In this document: positions 53,001 to 64,000 of the stretch, piece after piece
Layout: the number at the start of each line of letters is the position of its first letter
Numbering within the stretch: position 1 is the first letter of the stretch
Assembly: GCA_965235115.1 (NCBI GenBank)
Contig: OZ249436.1
Coordinates: forward strand, 45,200,001-45,264,000
Direction: 5' to 3'
Origin: Laetmonice hystrix
Taxonomy: Eukaryota
DNA: 64,000 nucleotides
Position numbers and translations under genes: made by a program
The notes under the pieces: generated by a model
What the model was told of the DNA's origin: nothing
Databases searched by the model: none
The model's input: the letters and a program-made list of their open reading frames with translations, nothing else

Positions 53001-53619
53001 AGAAATAACGACCTTTGATATCTCCTCAGTAATTATTATTATATAACTCTTCAATGATGCGTCTCTTGGCATTATAAACCTTTTCGCAGTAGAAGTGTAG
53101 ATGTGAGACAGGCCAACACAGACATGGATATTTTAATTCTTGATATAAAGGAAAGACAACTTTCAAGGATAATAGGTCGGAGTGATATGTCCTTTGTAAT
53201 CGATGAATGTACATCTGTAAATCATAATATCTATGTGAAGCATCGGATTTGATCTAATTGTAGCTGTGAAAGCCTTTGCCCCCTAGCTGGTATCAGATCT
53301 GGAGCTGCCCCCTAACTCTGAATATTCTCCGGCGCCCACGCTTGTCGGTCTCTATTGTGCACTATACGGGAGGCAGGAATATTTTTTGAGCCATCGTGTA
53401 CGTGAGACATTTACTACAAGGCTGAATGTCTGATATTGAGGTGAACAGCACTCTTCCAGCACCCCTAATACATGTATTACCTTACTTAGACCGAACAACT
53501 GTGCTGGCCAAAGCAAAGGTACGTGTGTGGGCCTACATGGAAGCGGGCCCAGTGAATGACATAACAAACTTGGTGCCTCCTTGACTTACGGGGAACGCCA
53601 TCCAGACCCCCCCCCCCTA

Positions 53620-54628
53620 GTCAGGGAGCATGTGTAATCCCGTGGGCATTTTGTGATGAAAGCAAGCGACCCCCCTAGATGTCTTTAGGAGGTCCCAAAT
53701 AATACAAAAAAACAAACTTGTTGGCAATCTAGCAATGGCGGCTACTTCCGGTGAAGCGCGAAATCCAAAATGGCTGCCAGTCGCCATATTAAAATTGTAT
53801 GTTTCGATTCCCTTGTCATAGAAGCATGTATAATGGCACTTTTTCCACTAAATCTCATACGAGGAATCGATTTCTGGCATTATTATTAGATTTGGAGGCC
53901 TCCTTCCGGTTGAAATCCAAGATGGCCGCCAGTGGCCATGCTGAAAAATGTAACTATTGAACTGCTTGGGCTAGTAACATGTATGATAGGACTTTTTCGA
54001 CCAAATTTGACAACAAGTTTGTATTATTTAAAGACATCTAGGGGGTTGTTAACTGCTCGAAGATAGACCAGCTATCAAAACGTGCAATTAACTTACAGTC
54101 AGCGCAATTCTCGGTCAATGCAGACTTCAAGAGCACTGATAAAAGATATCTTCAAGGTCATTACTGACAGCCACCTTGGATATCATCATCAAGGAGGCCT
54201 CCAAATGGAAAAATACTGGCGGGAATAGATTCTTCAGGTCACATTTGGTCGAAAAAGTCCTATCATACATGTTCCTAGGCCAAGCAGTTCAGTAGTTACA
54301 TTAATTTTATCAGCATTTTTCTTGGATTTCAACCGGAAGGAGGCCTCCAAATCAAATAATAATGCCAGATATCGATTCCTCGTATGAGATTTAGTGGAAA
54401 AAGTGCTATTATACATGATTCTATGACAAGGGAATCGAAACATACAATTTTAATATGGCGACTGGCAGCCATTTTGGATTTCGCGCTTTACCGGAAGTAG
54501 CCGCCATTCCTAGATTTCCAACAAGTTTTTTTGTATTATTTGGGACCCCCTAAAGACATCTAGGGGGGTCGCTTGCTTTCATCACAAAATGCCCATGGGA
54601 CTTTATTTTATGCAACATGCTCCCTGAC
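53620..54628. mobile_element. ~1-kb foldback/MITE-like element with ~380-bp inverted arms
   Basis: The left arm 53620-~54010 (gtcagggagcatg...gggcattttgtgatgaaagcaagcgacccccctagatgtc...) is the reverse complement of ~54240-54628; no clear TSD. Confidence 0.75.
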
Positions 54629-55179
54629 AACCCCCCCCCCCCCCCACACACACACACACACGCACCCCCTCCGACTACGTATACGTGGATTACAGGTGGC
54701 GGCAGGCAAAGAGGAACACCAGGCGATAGGGCCAGTGGATATGTGTGCAAAAACAATAACCGGTCAGTAGGCTGTACACGTGTACTTGGGTGGGTGGGGG
54801 TGAGTTGGGAGGTGGGCAGTGCGGTGGAGTGGTGACATGAGCCACTCAAGGGACTATGTGGTACGAACGACTGGCCGAAACATATTTTTACACATCGACA
54901 ATGGGACTGATATTCAAACTATACTGTTTGAACCATCCGCAGTGGTAAATGTTCTCGCTCTGAAGAGGACGAACATAAGTGAATGAATGAAATATCCCAA
55001 GGACATATAATATTTCGGTCAACGTTTTGCATTTTCTATGACCGGCCATTTAAAGTGGATCACCGACGACCGGAGTTCGCATGTGTGCATTTCCAACAGT
55101 TCAGTGAAGCATGAAATCCACCGCCCCTACGGACGAGGGAAATGAAATACATGTACATGAATATTAATTAAATCTGACC

Positions 55180-55392
55180 GATGCGCATGCGTGGCGGGAA
55201 AATGCGAACCAGTTTGGGCCGGCGTGCCAGTCGCCAGTCGACTACCTGGCATTCATAGAGAGAGGTCATAGGAGCACAGCGTTCCGTCATTGAAACCAAT
55301 TCAACTTTAACTGAACAAAGAACTCGACTGCTTGGCAAAACCTCACTTGCGTTGGTAGCCATGGACAACTACACAGGCCATCAAAGGTAAGC
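55180..55392 (+). promoter_or_regulatory. Candidate promoter plus short first coding exon (ATG 55361, exon end 55386) of an unidentified + strand gene
   Basis: TGCGCATGCG (NRF1-like, 55182-55191) abuts GGCGGGAAA (E2F-like). Downstream are gccATGG and AG/gtaagc. A diverged second copy lies at ~55690-55890. Confidence 0.4.
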
Positions 55393-56107
55393 AGACCTAA
55401 ATTTTCTTTACGTAGGCTACACTGAAGTTATATGTCGATGTAGGAAGTTGGCCTATAACATCCAACCAGCAAGTTATAGGCTGGTTGGATGTTGTGGTAT
55501 TTATACTGCATGCATGTATCCATGGATCATCCTCATACATTGCCCCAGAGACAGAGAACCTGTTGATTATAGGCCTATCTTTTCTTATTTCGATGATGAT
55601 TGATAATATTCCGTAGCCTCGCTGTAAGGCGAGAGGAGTTTTACATTTACTTTTACATTTCTACTCTCATCACAGCGACGGGGACACCTTGCGCATGCGT
55701 CGCGAGAAACTCGGCCAGTTCGACCGGGGTTGAGTCGCAGTATAGTCAGTTGCTACCTGGCATTCATAGACAGAGGTCGCAGCTTTCCGTCACTGAAAAT
55801 AATTGAACTTCACCTGAACAAAAAAGTGCTTGACCGTACCTCAACTGGTAGCAAGGAAGAATCAAATAGGCCTTGAAATCGGAGGTAGGTAGGCCGAAAT
55901 TATCTTTAGAAAGACATTCGGCCCAGGTCACTGCAAGGCTGGGACATGCCTTATGAAATGTAAAGTCCAATCTCAAATGGCGTTTGGTTTAAATGAAAGA
56001 AATTATTTCATTTTAGGGAAACAGATTGTACATGACGGTTTTGTGACGGATTTATTTATTGTATTTATTTTTTTCATTTTTTTTTTCATTTTAAAAAGTT
56101 TTTTTTA

Positions 56108-59100
56108 AAAGTTTACACAGGCCCATGTTTGGACCGTCTACCTCAATATGATAATATTATTGTTTAGCCGTTAAGCACCATTGTCTACTAGGTTTCGTAT
56201 CTTAATTATTATATTATTTCTCTGCCCAATTTGTAAACCGAGCTTCCTCGATGCTGCCATCAATCAAAAAGAAATGGAGATCTACCAGTCTACCAGTCTA
56301 CCAGGCCTACCAGTCACAGCAATTGCCCAGAACCTGCAGGTATGAGATTTCCACAGAAATGGAGAAAAGGTACGTGAATGAGCATTTTGCTGTGGTGATA
56401 ATTTTATTGTTGGGGCTTTTAGATGTATAAATCTTGTTCATCGATCAGAATTGTTTTGAACATTTGGTTGGTTGATTAGATAGTGGGTTGGTAAGTTGGG
56501 GAGCGTAGGTAGTTAGATGGGCTGGTTTTCTTGTTGGCTTCGGGTAACTGGGTCGGTGATCAGATGGGTGGTCGGGTCGGTGGGTGGACACGCCGGGTGG
56601 CAGTCGGTCAGATGGTCGGGCTGGTTGGTGGTAAGGTGGGGTCGGTGGGTGGGTGGCTGAGTGTGTGGTTGCGTGGGGCCAATCCCTGCAAAACTGCGTG
56701 CTTGTCTGCCTGGCCATGTCCCTGCCCTACGGCTGCTCTACCTTCCCAGATGGCGGCCTGCCTAACTTTGTGTCTTCGTACTTATCTGTCTGCTTCCCTG
56801 TGATTCTGCCTTGGGTGGCCATGTGGGTGGGTGGATTTGTTGGGGATGGTCCGTCAGGTAGACTGGTTGGCTGGTAGTCGGATGGGGACTTATCCTTGCC
56901 TTCCTGCTGACCTCTGATACTGGTTGGTAGTAAGATGGGGATTCTTCCTTACCTTACTGTTGTCCTACCTTTCTGTTTGGCTGGCTGTTGCCGTCATTTC
57001 CACCGGCTTACATGCCTGCTCACCTGCATTCATCAGTATGGTACTGCCTGCCTATCTGCCTTCCTTCCTGCTCACCAACCCTCCTTCTATGTTCAACCAA
57101 CCAACCAGCAGAGAAGCCTCACGAATCCAGAGAAATGTAAAAAACGCTTGGTCAAGCCGATCTTAATTCCTGTTTTGATGTCACTGTTCTGTGATGTGTT
57201 TACCAGTTGTTGAAGTGCTAGGTTATGTCACTGTACTGTGGCTCTGTATTAGTTGTTACAGCTATGTCTTGTTACCCAGTCGGAAAGTTTACACAGGCCC
57301 ATGTTTGGACCGTCTACCTCAATATGATAATATTATTGTTGTTTAGCCGTTAAGCACCATTGTCTACTAGGTTTCATATCTTAATTATATTATTTCTCTG
57401 CCCAATTTGTAAACCGAGCTTCCTCGATGCTGCCATCAATCAAAAAGAAATGGAGATCTGCAGGCCTACCAGTCTTTCAAAACGTAGATGCTTCTGCAGA
57501 AGGAACCGAAGGTTTGGAAAGCCATCCTGAAAAATGACATCTCCCTGGAAGCGTACACCAAAGTTCAACGTTCAACCTACCAACCTCCAGAAGCCTCAAG
57601 ATTGCAGGGAAATGGAGCAAAGGTTTGGTCAACTTGATGCTAAAATGTTACTGTTTTTCAAGAGCTTTGATGTCACTGTACTGTGGCCTTGTAATAGCAG
57701 TTGTTCAGCTATGCCTTATTGCCCAGTCGGAATGTTCACACTGGCCCATGTCTGGTCAACTGTCGCGTCTGTAAGTGTTGTACTGTAGTGCAACAGACAG
57801 GGTCTACCGCTCAGGAATAGGACGGTGTCTTTCCTGGCCCCAGTCCATCCGTAGTCTAACCTCGCATGCTGCTGGTAAAAGCTGTTGTTATCGGGCAGTC
57901 AACAATCAAACTGTTCAATTGGGCCATCGAGACTGGGGGACAGTGTGTCCCAGAGGAGGGGCAATGTACAGGACTGCACGGTATTGGTTCCTCCTCGCTA
58001 CAACAGCCGTCATCTTGTGCCAGAGATGCAAATGGGTGTCACCAGTGGGGTATCATGCGTTGTTGAGACGCCAGGTTGCGGCTCGAGGGTTGTTGTAGCC
58101 TTGTTGACTATGACAAAGTTGTCTCTTTCACGTTATGCCTCCGTGAACTTATCTGACTTCCTCTGCTTGCTGCAGAAAGGTGGTTCTTCGTTCGTGAAAA
58201 CAGTCTACCTCAATATGCTAATATTATTGTTGTTGAGCCCTTAAGCACCACAATTGTCTACTAGGTTTCATATCTTAATTATTATATTATTTCTCTGCCC
58301 AATTTGTAAACCGAGCTTCCTCGATGCTGCCATCAATCAAAAAGAAATGGAGATCTAACAGTCTACCAGTCTACCAGTCACAGCAATTGCCCAGAACCTG
58401 CAGGTATGAGATTTCCACAGAAATGGAGAAAAGGTACGTGAATGAGCATTTTGCTGTGGTGATAATTTTATTGTTGGGGCTTTTAGATGTATAAATCTTG
58501 TTCATCGATCAGAATTGTTTTGAACATTTGGTTGGTTGATTAGATAGTGGGTTGGTAAGTTGGGGAGCGTAGGTAGTTAGATGGGCTGGTTTTCTTGTTG
58601 GCTTCGGGTAACTGGGTCGGTGATCAGATGGGTTGTCGGGTCGGTGGGTGGACACGCCGGGTGGCAGTCGGTCAGATGGTCGGGCTGGTTGGTGGTAAGG
58701 TGGGGTCGGTGGGTGGGTGGCTGAGTGTGTGGTTGCGTGGGGCCAATCCCTGCAAAACTGCGTGCTTGTCTGCCTGGCCATGTCCCTGCCCTACGGCTGC
58801 TCTACCTTCCCAGATGGCGGCCTGCCTAACTTTGTGTCTTCCCACTTATCTGTCTGCTTCCCTGTGATTCTGCCTTGGGTGGCCATGTGGGTGGGTGGAT
58901 TTGTTGGGGATGGTCCGTCAGGTAGACTGGTTGGCTGGTAGTCGGATGGGGACTTATCCTTGCCTTCCTGCTGACCTCTGATACTGGTTGGTAGTAAGAT
59001 GGGGATTCTTCCTTACCTTACTGTTGTCCTACCTTTCTGTTTGGCTGGCTGTTGCCGACATTTCCACCGGCTTACATGCCTGCTCACCTGCATTCATCAG

Positions 59101-62100
59101 TATGGTACTGCCTGCCTATCTGCCTTCCTTCCTGCTCACCAACCCTCCTTCTATGTTCAACCAACCAACCAGCAGAGAAGCCTCACGAATCCAGAGAAAT
59201 GTAAAAAACGCTTGGTCAAGCCGATCTTAATTCCTGTTTTGATGTCACTGTTCTGTGATGTGTTTACCAGTTGTTGAAGTGCTAGGTTATGTCACTGTAC
59301 TGTGGCTCTGTATTAGTTGTTACAGCTATGCCTTGTTACCCAGTCGGAAAGTTTACACAGGCCCATGTTTGGACCGTCTACCTCAATATGATAATATTAT
59401 TGTTGTTTAGCCGTTAAGCACCATTGTCTACTAGGTTTCATATCTTAATTATATTATTTCTCTGCCCAATTTGTAAACCGAGCTTCCTCGATGCTGCCAT
59501 CAATCAAAAAGAAATGGAGATCTGCAGGCCTACCAGTCTTTCAAAACGCAGATGTGCTTCTGCAGAAGAAACCTAAGGTTTGGAAAGCCATCCTGCAAAA
59601 TGACGTCTCCCTGGAAGCGTACACCAAAGTTCAACGTTCAACCTACCAACCTCCAGAAGCCTCAAGATTGCAGGGAAATGGAGCAAAGGTTTGGTCAACT
59701 TGATGCTAAAATGTTACTGTTTTTCAAGAGCTTTGATGTCACTGTACTGTGGCCTTGTAATAGCAGTTGTTCAGCTATGCCTTATTGCCCAGTCGGAATG
59801 TTCACACTGGCCCATGTCTGGTCAACTGTCGCGTCTGTAAGTGTTGTACTGTAGTGCAACAGACAGGGTCTACCGCTCAGGAATAGGACGGTGTCTTTCC
59901 TGGCCCCAGTCCATCCGTAGTCTAACCTCGCATGCTGCTGGTAAAAGCTGTTGTTATCGGGCAGTCAACAATCAAACTGTTCAATTGGGCCATCGTGACT
60001 GGGGGACAGTGTGTCCCAGAGGAGGGGCAATGTACAGGACTGCACGGTATTGGTTCCTCCTCGCTACAACAGCCGTCATCTTGTGCCAGAGATGCAAATG
60101 GGTGTCACCAGTGGGGTATCATGCGTTGTTGAGACGCCAGGTTGCGGCTTGAGGGTTGTTGTAGCCTTGTTGACTATGACCAAGTTGTCTCTTTCACGTT
60201 ATGCCTCCGTGAACTTATCTGACTTCCTCTGCTTGCTGCAGAAAGGTGGTTCTTCGTTCGTGAAAACAGTCTACCTTAATATGCTAATATTATTGTTGTT
60301 GAGCCCTTAAGCACCACAATTGTCTACTAGGTTTCATATCTTAATTATTATATTATTTCTCTGCCCAATTTGTAAACCGAGCTTCCTCGATGCTGCCATC
60401 AATCAAAAAGAAATGGAGATCTACCAGTCTACCAGTCTACCAGGCCTACCAGTCACAGCAATTGCCCAGAACCTGCAGGTATGAGATTTCCACAGAAATG
60501 GAGAAAAGGTACGTGAATGAGCATTTTGCTGTGGTGATAATTTTATTGTTGGGGCTTTTAGATGTATAAATCTTGTTCATCGATCAGAATTGTTTTGAAC
60601 ATTTGGTTGGTTGATTAGATAGTGGGTTGGTAAGTTGGGGAGCGTAGGTAGTTAGATGGGCTGGTTTTCTTGTTGGCTTCGGGTAACTGGGTCGGTGATC
60701 AGATGGGTTGTCGGGTCGGTGGGTGGACACGCCGGGTGGCAGTCGGTCAGATGGTCGGGCTGGTTGGTGGTAAGGTGGGGTCGGTGGGTGGGTGGCTGAG
60801 TGTGTGGTTGCGTGGGGCCAATCCCTGCAAAACTGCGTGCTTGTCTGCCTGGCCATGTCCCTGCCCTACGGCTGCTCTACCTTCCCAGATGGCGGCCTGC
60901 CTAACTTTGTGTCTTCCCACTTATCTGTCTGCTTCCCTGTGATTCTGCCTTGGGTGGCCATGTGGGTGGGTGGATTTGTTGGGGATGGTCCGTCAGGTAG
61001 ACTGGTTGGCTGGTAGTCGGATGGGGACTTATCCTTGCCTTCCTGCTGACCTCTGATACTGGTTGGTAGTAAGATGGGGATTCTTCCTTACCTTACTGTT
61101 GTCCTACCTTTCTGTTTGGCTGGCTGTTGCCGACATTTCCACCGGCTTACATGCCTGCTCACCTGCATTCATCAGTATGGTACTGCCTGCCTATCTGCCT
61201 TCCTTCCTGCTCACCAACCCTCCTTCTATGTTCAACCAACCAACCAGCAGAGAAGCCTCACGAATCCAGAGAAATGTAAAAAACGCTTGGTCAAGCCGAT
61301 CTTAATTCCTGTTTTGATGTCACTGTTCTGTGATGTGTTTACCAGTTGTTGAAGTGCTAGGTTATGTCACTGTACTGTGGCTCTGTATTAGTTGTTACAG
61401 CTATGCCTTGTTACCCAGTCGGAAAGTTTACACAGGCCCATGTTTGGACCGTCTACCTCAATATGATAATATTATTGTTGTTTAGCCGTTAAGCACCATT
61501 GTCTACTAGGTTTCATATCTTAATTATATTATTTCTCTGCCCAATTTGTAAACCGAGCTTCCTCGATGCTGCCATCAATCAAAAAGAAATGGAGATCTGC
61601 AGGCCTACCAGTCTTTCAAAACGCAGATGTGCTTCTGCAGAAGAAACCGAAGGTTTGGAAAGCCATCCTGCAAAATGACGTCTCCCTGGAAGCGTACACC
61701 AAAGTTCAACGTTCAACCTACCAACCTCCAGAAGCCTCAAGATTGCAGGGAAATGGAGCAAAGGTTTGGTCAACTTGATGCTAAAATGTTACTGTTTTTC
61801 AAGAGCTTTGATGTCACTGTACTGTGGCCTTGTAATAGCAGTTGTTCAGCTATGCCTTATTGCCCAGTCGGAATGTTCACACTGGCCCATGTCTGGTCAA
61901 CTGTCGCGTCTGTAAGTGTTGTACTGTAGTGCAACAGACAGGGTCTACCGCTCAGGAATAGGACGGTGTCTTTCCTGGCCCCAGTCCATCCGTAGTCTAA
62001 CCTCGCATGCTGCTGGTAAAAGCTGTTGTTATCGGGCAGTCAACAATCAAACTGTTCAATTGGGCCATCGAGACTGGGGGACAGTGTGTCCCAGAGGAGG

Positions 62101-64000
62101 GGCAATGTACAGGACTGCACGGTATTGGTTCCTCCTCGCTACAACAGCCGTCATCTTGTGCCAGAGATGCAAATGGGTGTCACCAGTGGGGTATCATGCG
62201 TTGTTGAGACGCCAGGTTGCGGCTTGAGGGTTGTTGTAGCCTTGTTGACTATGACCAAGTTGTCTCTCTCACGTTATGCCTCCGTGAACTTATCTGACTT
62301 CCTCTGCTTGCTGCAGAAAGGTGGTTCTTCGTTCGTGAAAACAGTCTACCTCAATATGCTAATATTATTGTTGTTGAGCCCTTAAGCACCACAATTGTCT
62401 ACTAGGTTTCATATCTTAATTATTATATTATTTCTCTGCCCAATTTGTAAACCGAGCTTCCTCGATGCTGCCATCAATCAAAAAGAAATGGAGATCTACC
62501 AGTCTACCAGTCTACCAGGCCTACCAGTCACAGCAATTGCCCAGAACCTGCAGGTATGAGATTTCCACAGAAATGGAGAAATGGTACGTGAATGAGCATT
62601 TTGCTGTGGTGATAATTTTATTGTTGGGGCTTTTAGATGTATAAATCTTGTTCATCGATCAGAATTGTTTTGAACATTTGGTTGGTTGATTAGATAGTGG
62701 GTTGGTAAGTTGGGGAGCGTAGGTAGTTAGATGGGCTGGTTTTCTTGTTGGCTTCGGGTAACTGGGTCGGTGATCAGATGGGTTGTCGGGTCGGTGGGTG
62801 GACACGCCGGGTGGCAGTCGGTCAGATGGTCGGGCTGGTTGGTGGTAAGGTGGGGTCGGTGGGTGGGTGGCTGAGTGTGTGGTTGCGTGGGGCCAATCCC
62901 TGCAAAACTGCGTGCTTGTCTGCCTGGCCATGTCCCTGCCCTACGGCTGCTCTACCTTCCCAGATGGCGGCCTGCCTAACTTTGTGTCTTCCCACTTATC
63001 TGTCTGCTTCCCTGTGATTCTGCCTTGGGTGGCCATGTGGGTGGGTGGATTTGTTGGGGATGGTCCGTCAGGTAGACTGGTTGGCTGGTAGTCGGATGGG
63101 GACTTATCCTTGCCTTCCTGCTGACCTCTGATACTGGTTGGTAGTAAGATGGGGATTCTTCCTTACCTTACTGTTGTCCTACCTTTCTGTTTGGCTGGCT
63201 GTTGCCGACATTTCCACCGGCTTACATGCCTGCTCACCTGCATTCATCAGTATGGTACTGCCTGCCTATCTGCCTTCCTTCCTGCTCACCAACCCTCCTT
63301 CTATGTTCAACCAACCAACCAGCAGAGAAGCCTCACGAATCCAGAGAAATGTAAAAAACGCTTGGTCAAGCCGATCTTAATTCCTGTTTTGATGTCACTG
63401 TTCTGTGATGTGTTTACCAGTTGTTGAAGTGCTAGGTTATGTCACTGTACTGTGGCTCTGTATTAGTTGTTACAGCTATGCCTTGTTACCCAGTCGGAAA
63501 GTTTACACAGGCCCATGTTTGGACCGTCTACCTCAATATGATAATATTATTGTTGTTTAGCCGTTAAGCACCATTGTCTACTAGGTTTCATATCTTAATT
63601 ATATTATTTCTCTGCCCAATTTGTAAACCGAGCTTCCTCGATGCTGCCATCAATCAAAAAGAAATGGAGATCTGCAGGCCTACCAGTCTTTCAAAACGCA
63701 GATGTGCTTCTGCAGAAGGAACCGAAGGTTTGGAAAGCCATCCTGCAAAATGACGTCTCCCTGGAAGCGTACACCAAAGTTCAACGTTCAACCTACCAAC
63801 CTCCAGAAGCCTCAAGATTGCAGGGAAATGGAGCAAAGGTTTGGTCAACTTGATGCTAAAATGTTACTGTTTTTCAAGAGCTTTGATGTCACTGTACTGT
63901 GGCCTTGTAATAGCAGTTGTTCAGCTATGCCTTATTGCCCAGTCGGAATGTTCACACTGGCCCATGTCTGGTCAACTGTCGCGTCTGTAAGTGTTGTACT
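56108..64000. repeat. ~2.07-kb near-identical tandem array (~3.8 units visible, continues past the window end)
   Basis: The same small ORFs recur at offsets 2064, 2075 and 2075 (56445, 58509, 60584, 62659). Each unit has internal duplicated blocks. Confidence 0.96.

Noticed and set aside
56445..63853. Recurrent 60-120-aa ORFs in the 2.07-kb array as a tandem gene family (e.g. histone, 5S or snRNA cluster)
   Set aside because: I recognised no protein or RNA-gene motifs, the ORFs overlap on both strands, and some are broken by indels between units.

Overview
This is eukaryotic genomic DNA from an invertebrate animal. A mollusc or other lophotrochozoan is my inference from the protein style and the HINE-type repeats. 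Two intron-containing genes converge tail to tail. (1) The last five exons of a protein xylosyltransferase (XYLT/oxt) lie on the + strand at 1365-3723. (2) A complete type I fatty acid synthase gene (FASN) lies on the - strand. I reconstructed it by hand as 29 coding exons (44080 down to 19277) with GT-AG junctions and consistent phases. The exons total 7734 nt, or 2577 aa plus stop, in the order KS-MAT-DH-psiMT-psiKR-ER-KR-ACP-TE, with all catalytic motifs intact. Two candidate FASN promoters/first exons carry SRE/E-box, CCAAT, CRE and TATA motifs. The most striking feature is that nine FASN splice junctions and the stop codon have been tandemly duplicated. Seven junctions form multi-copy arrays and two have single degenerate copies. 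These arrays fill the adjacent introns with decoy splice sites, up to about 75 branch-point+AG units in one intron, and only the exon-proximal copy matches the intact exon. The rest of the window holds non-autonomous DNA transposons (two Helentron/HINE-like elements, a Sola2-like foldback with a TSD confirmed by an empty site, and several MITEs), many minisatellites, a duplicated + strand promoter/first-exon module near 55.2-55.9 kb, and a ~2.07-kb tandem array running off the right end. Most ORFs in the supplied track are spurious.
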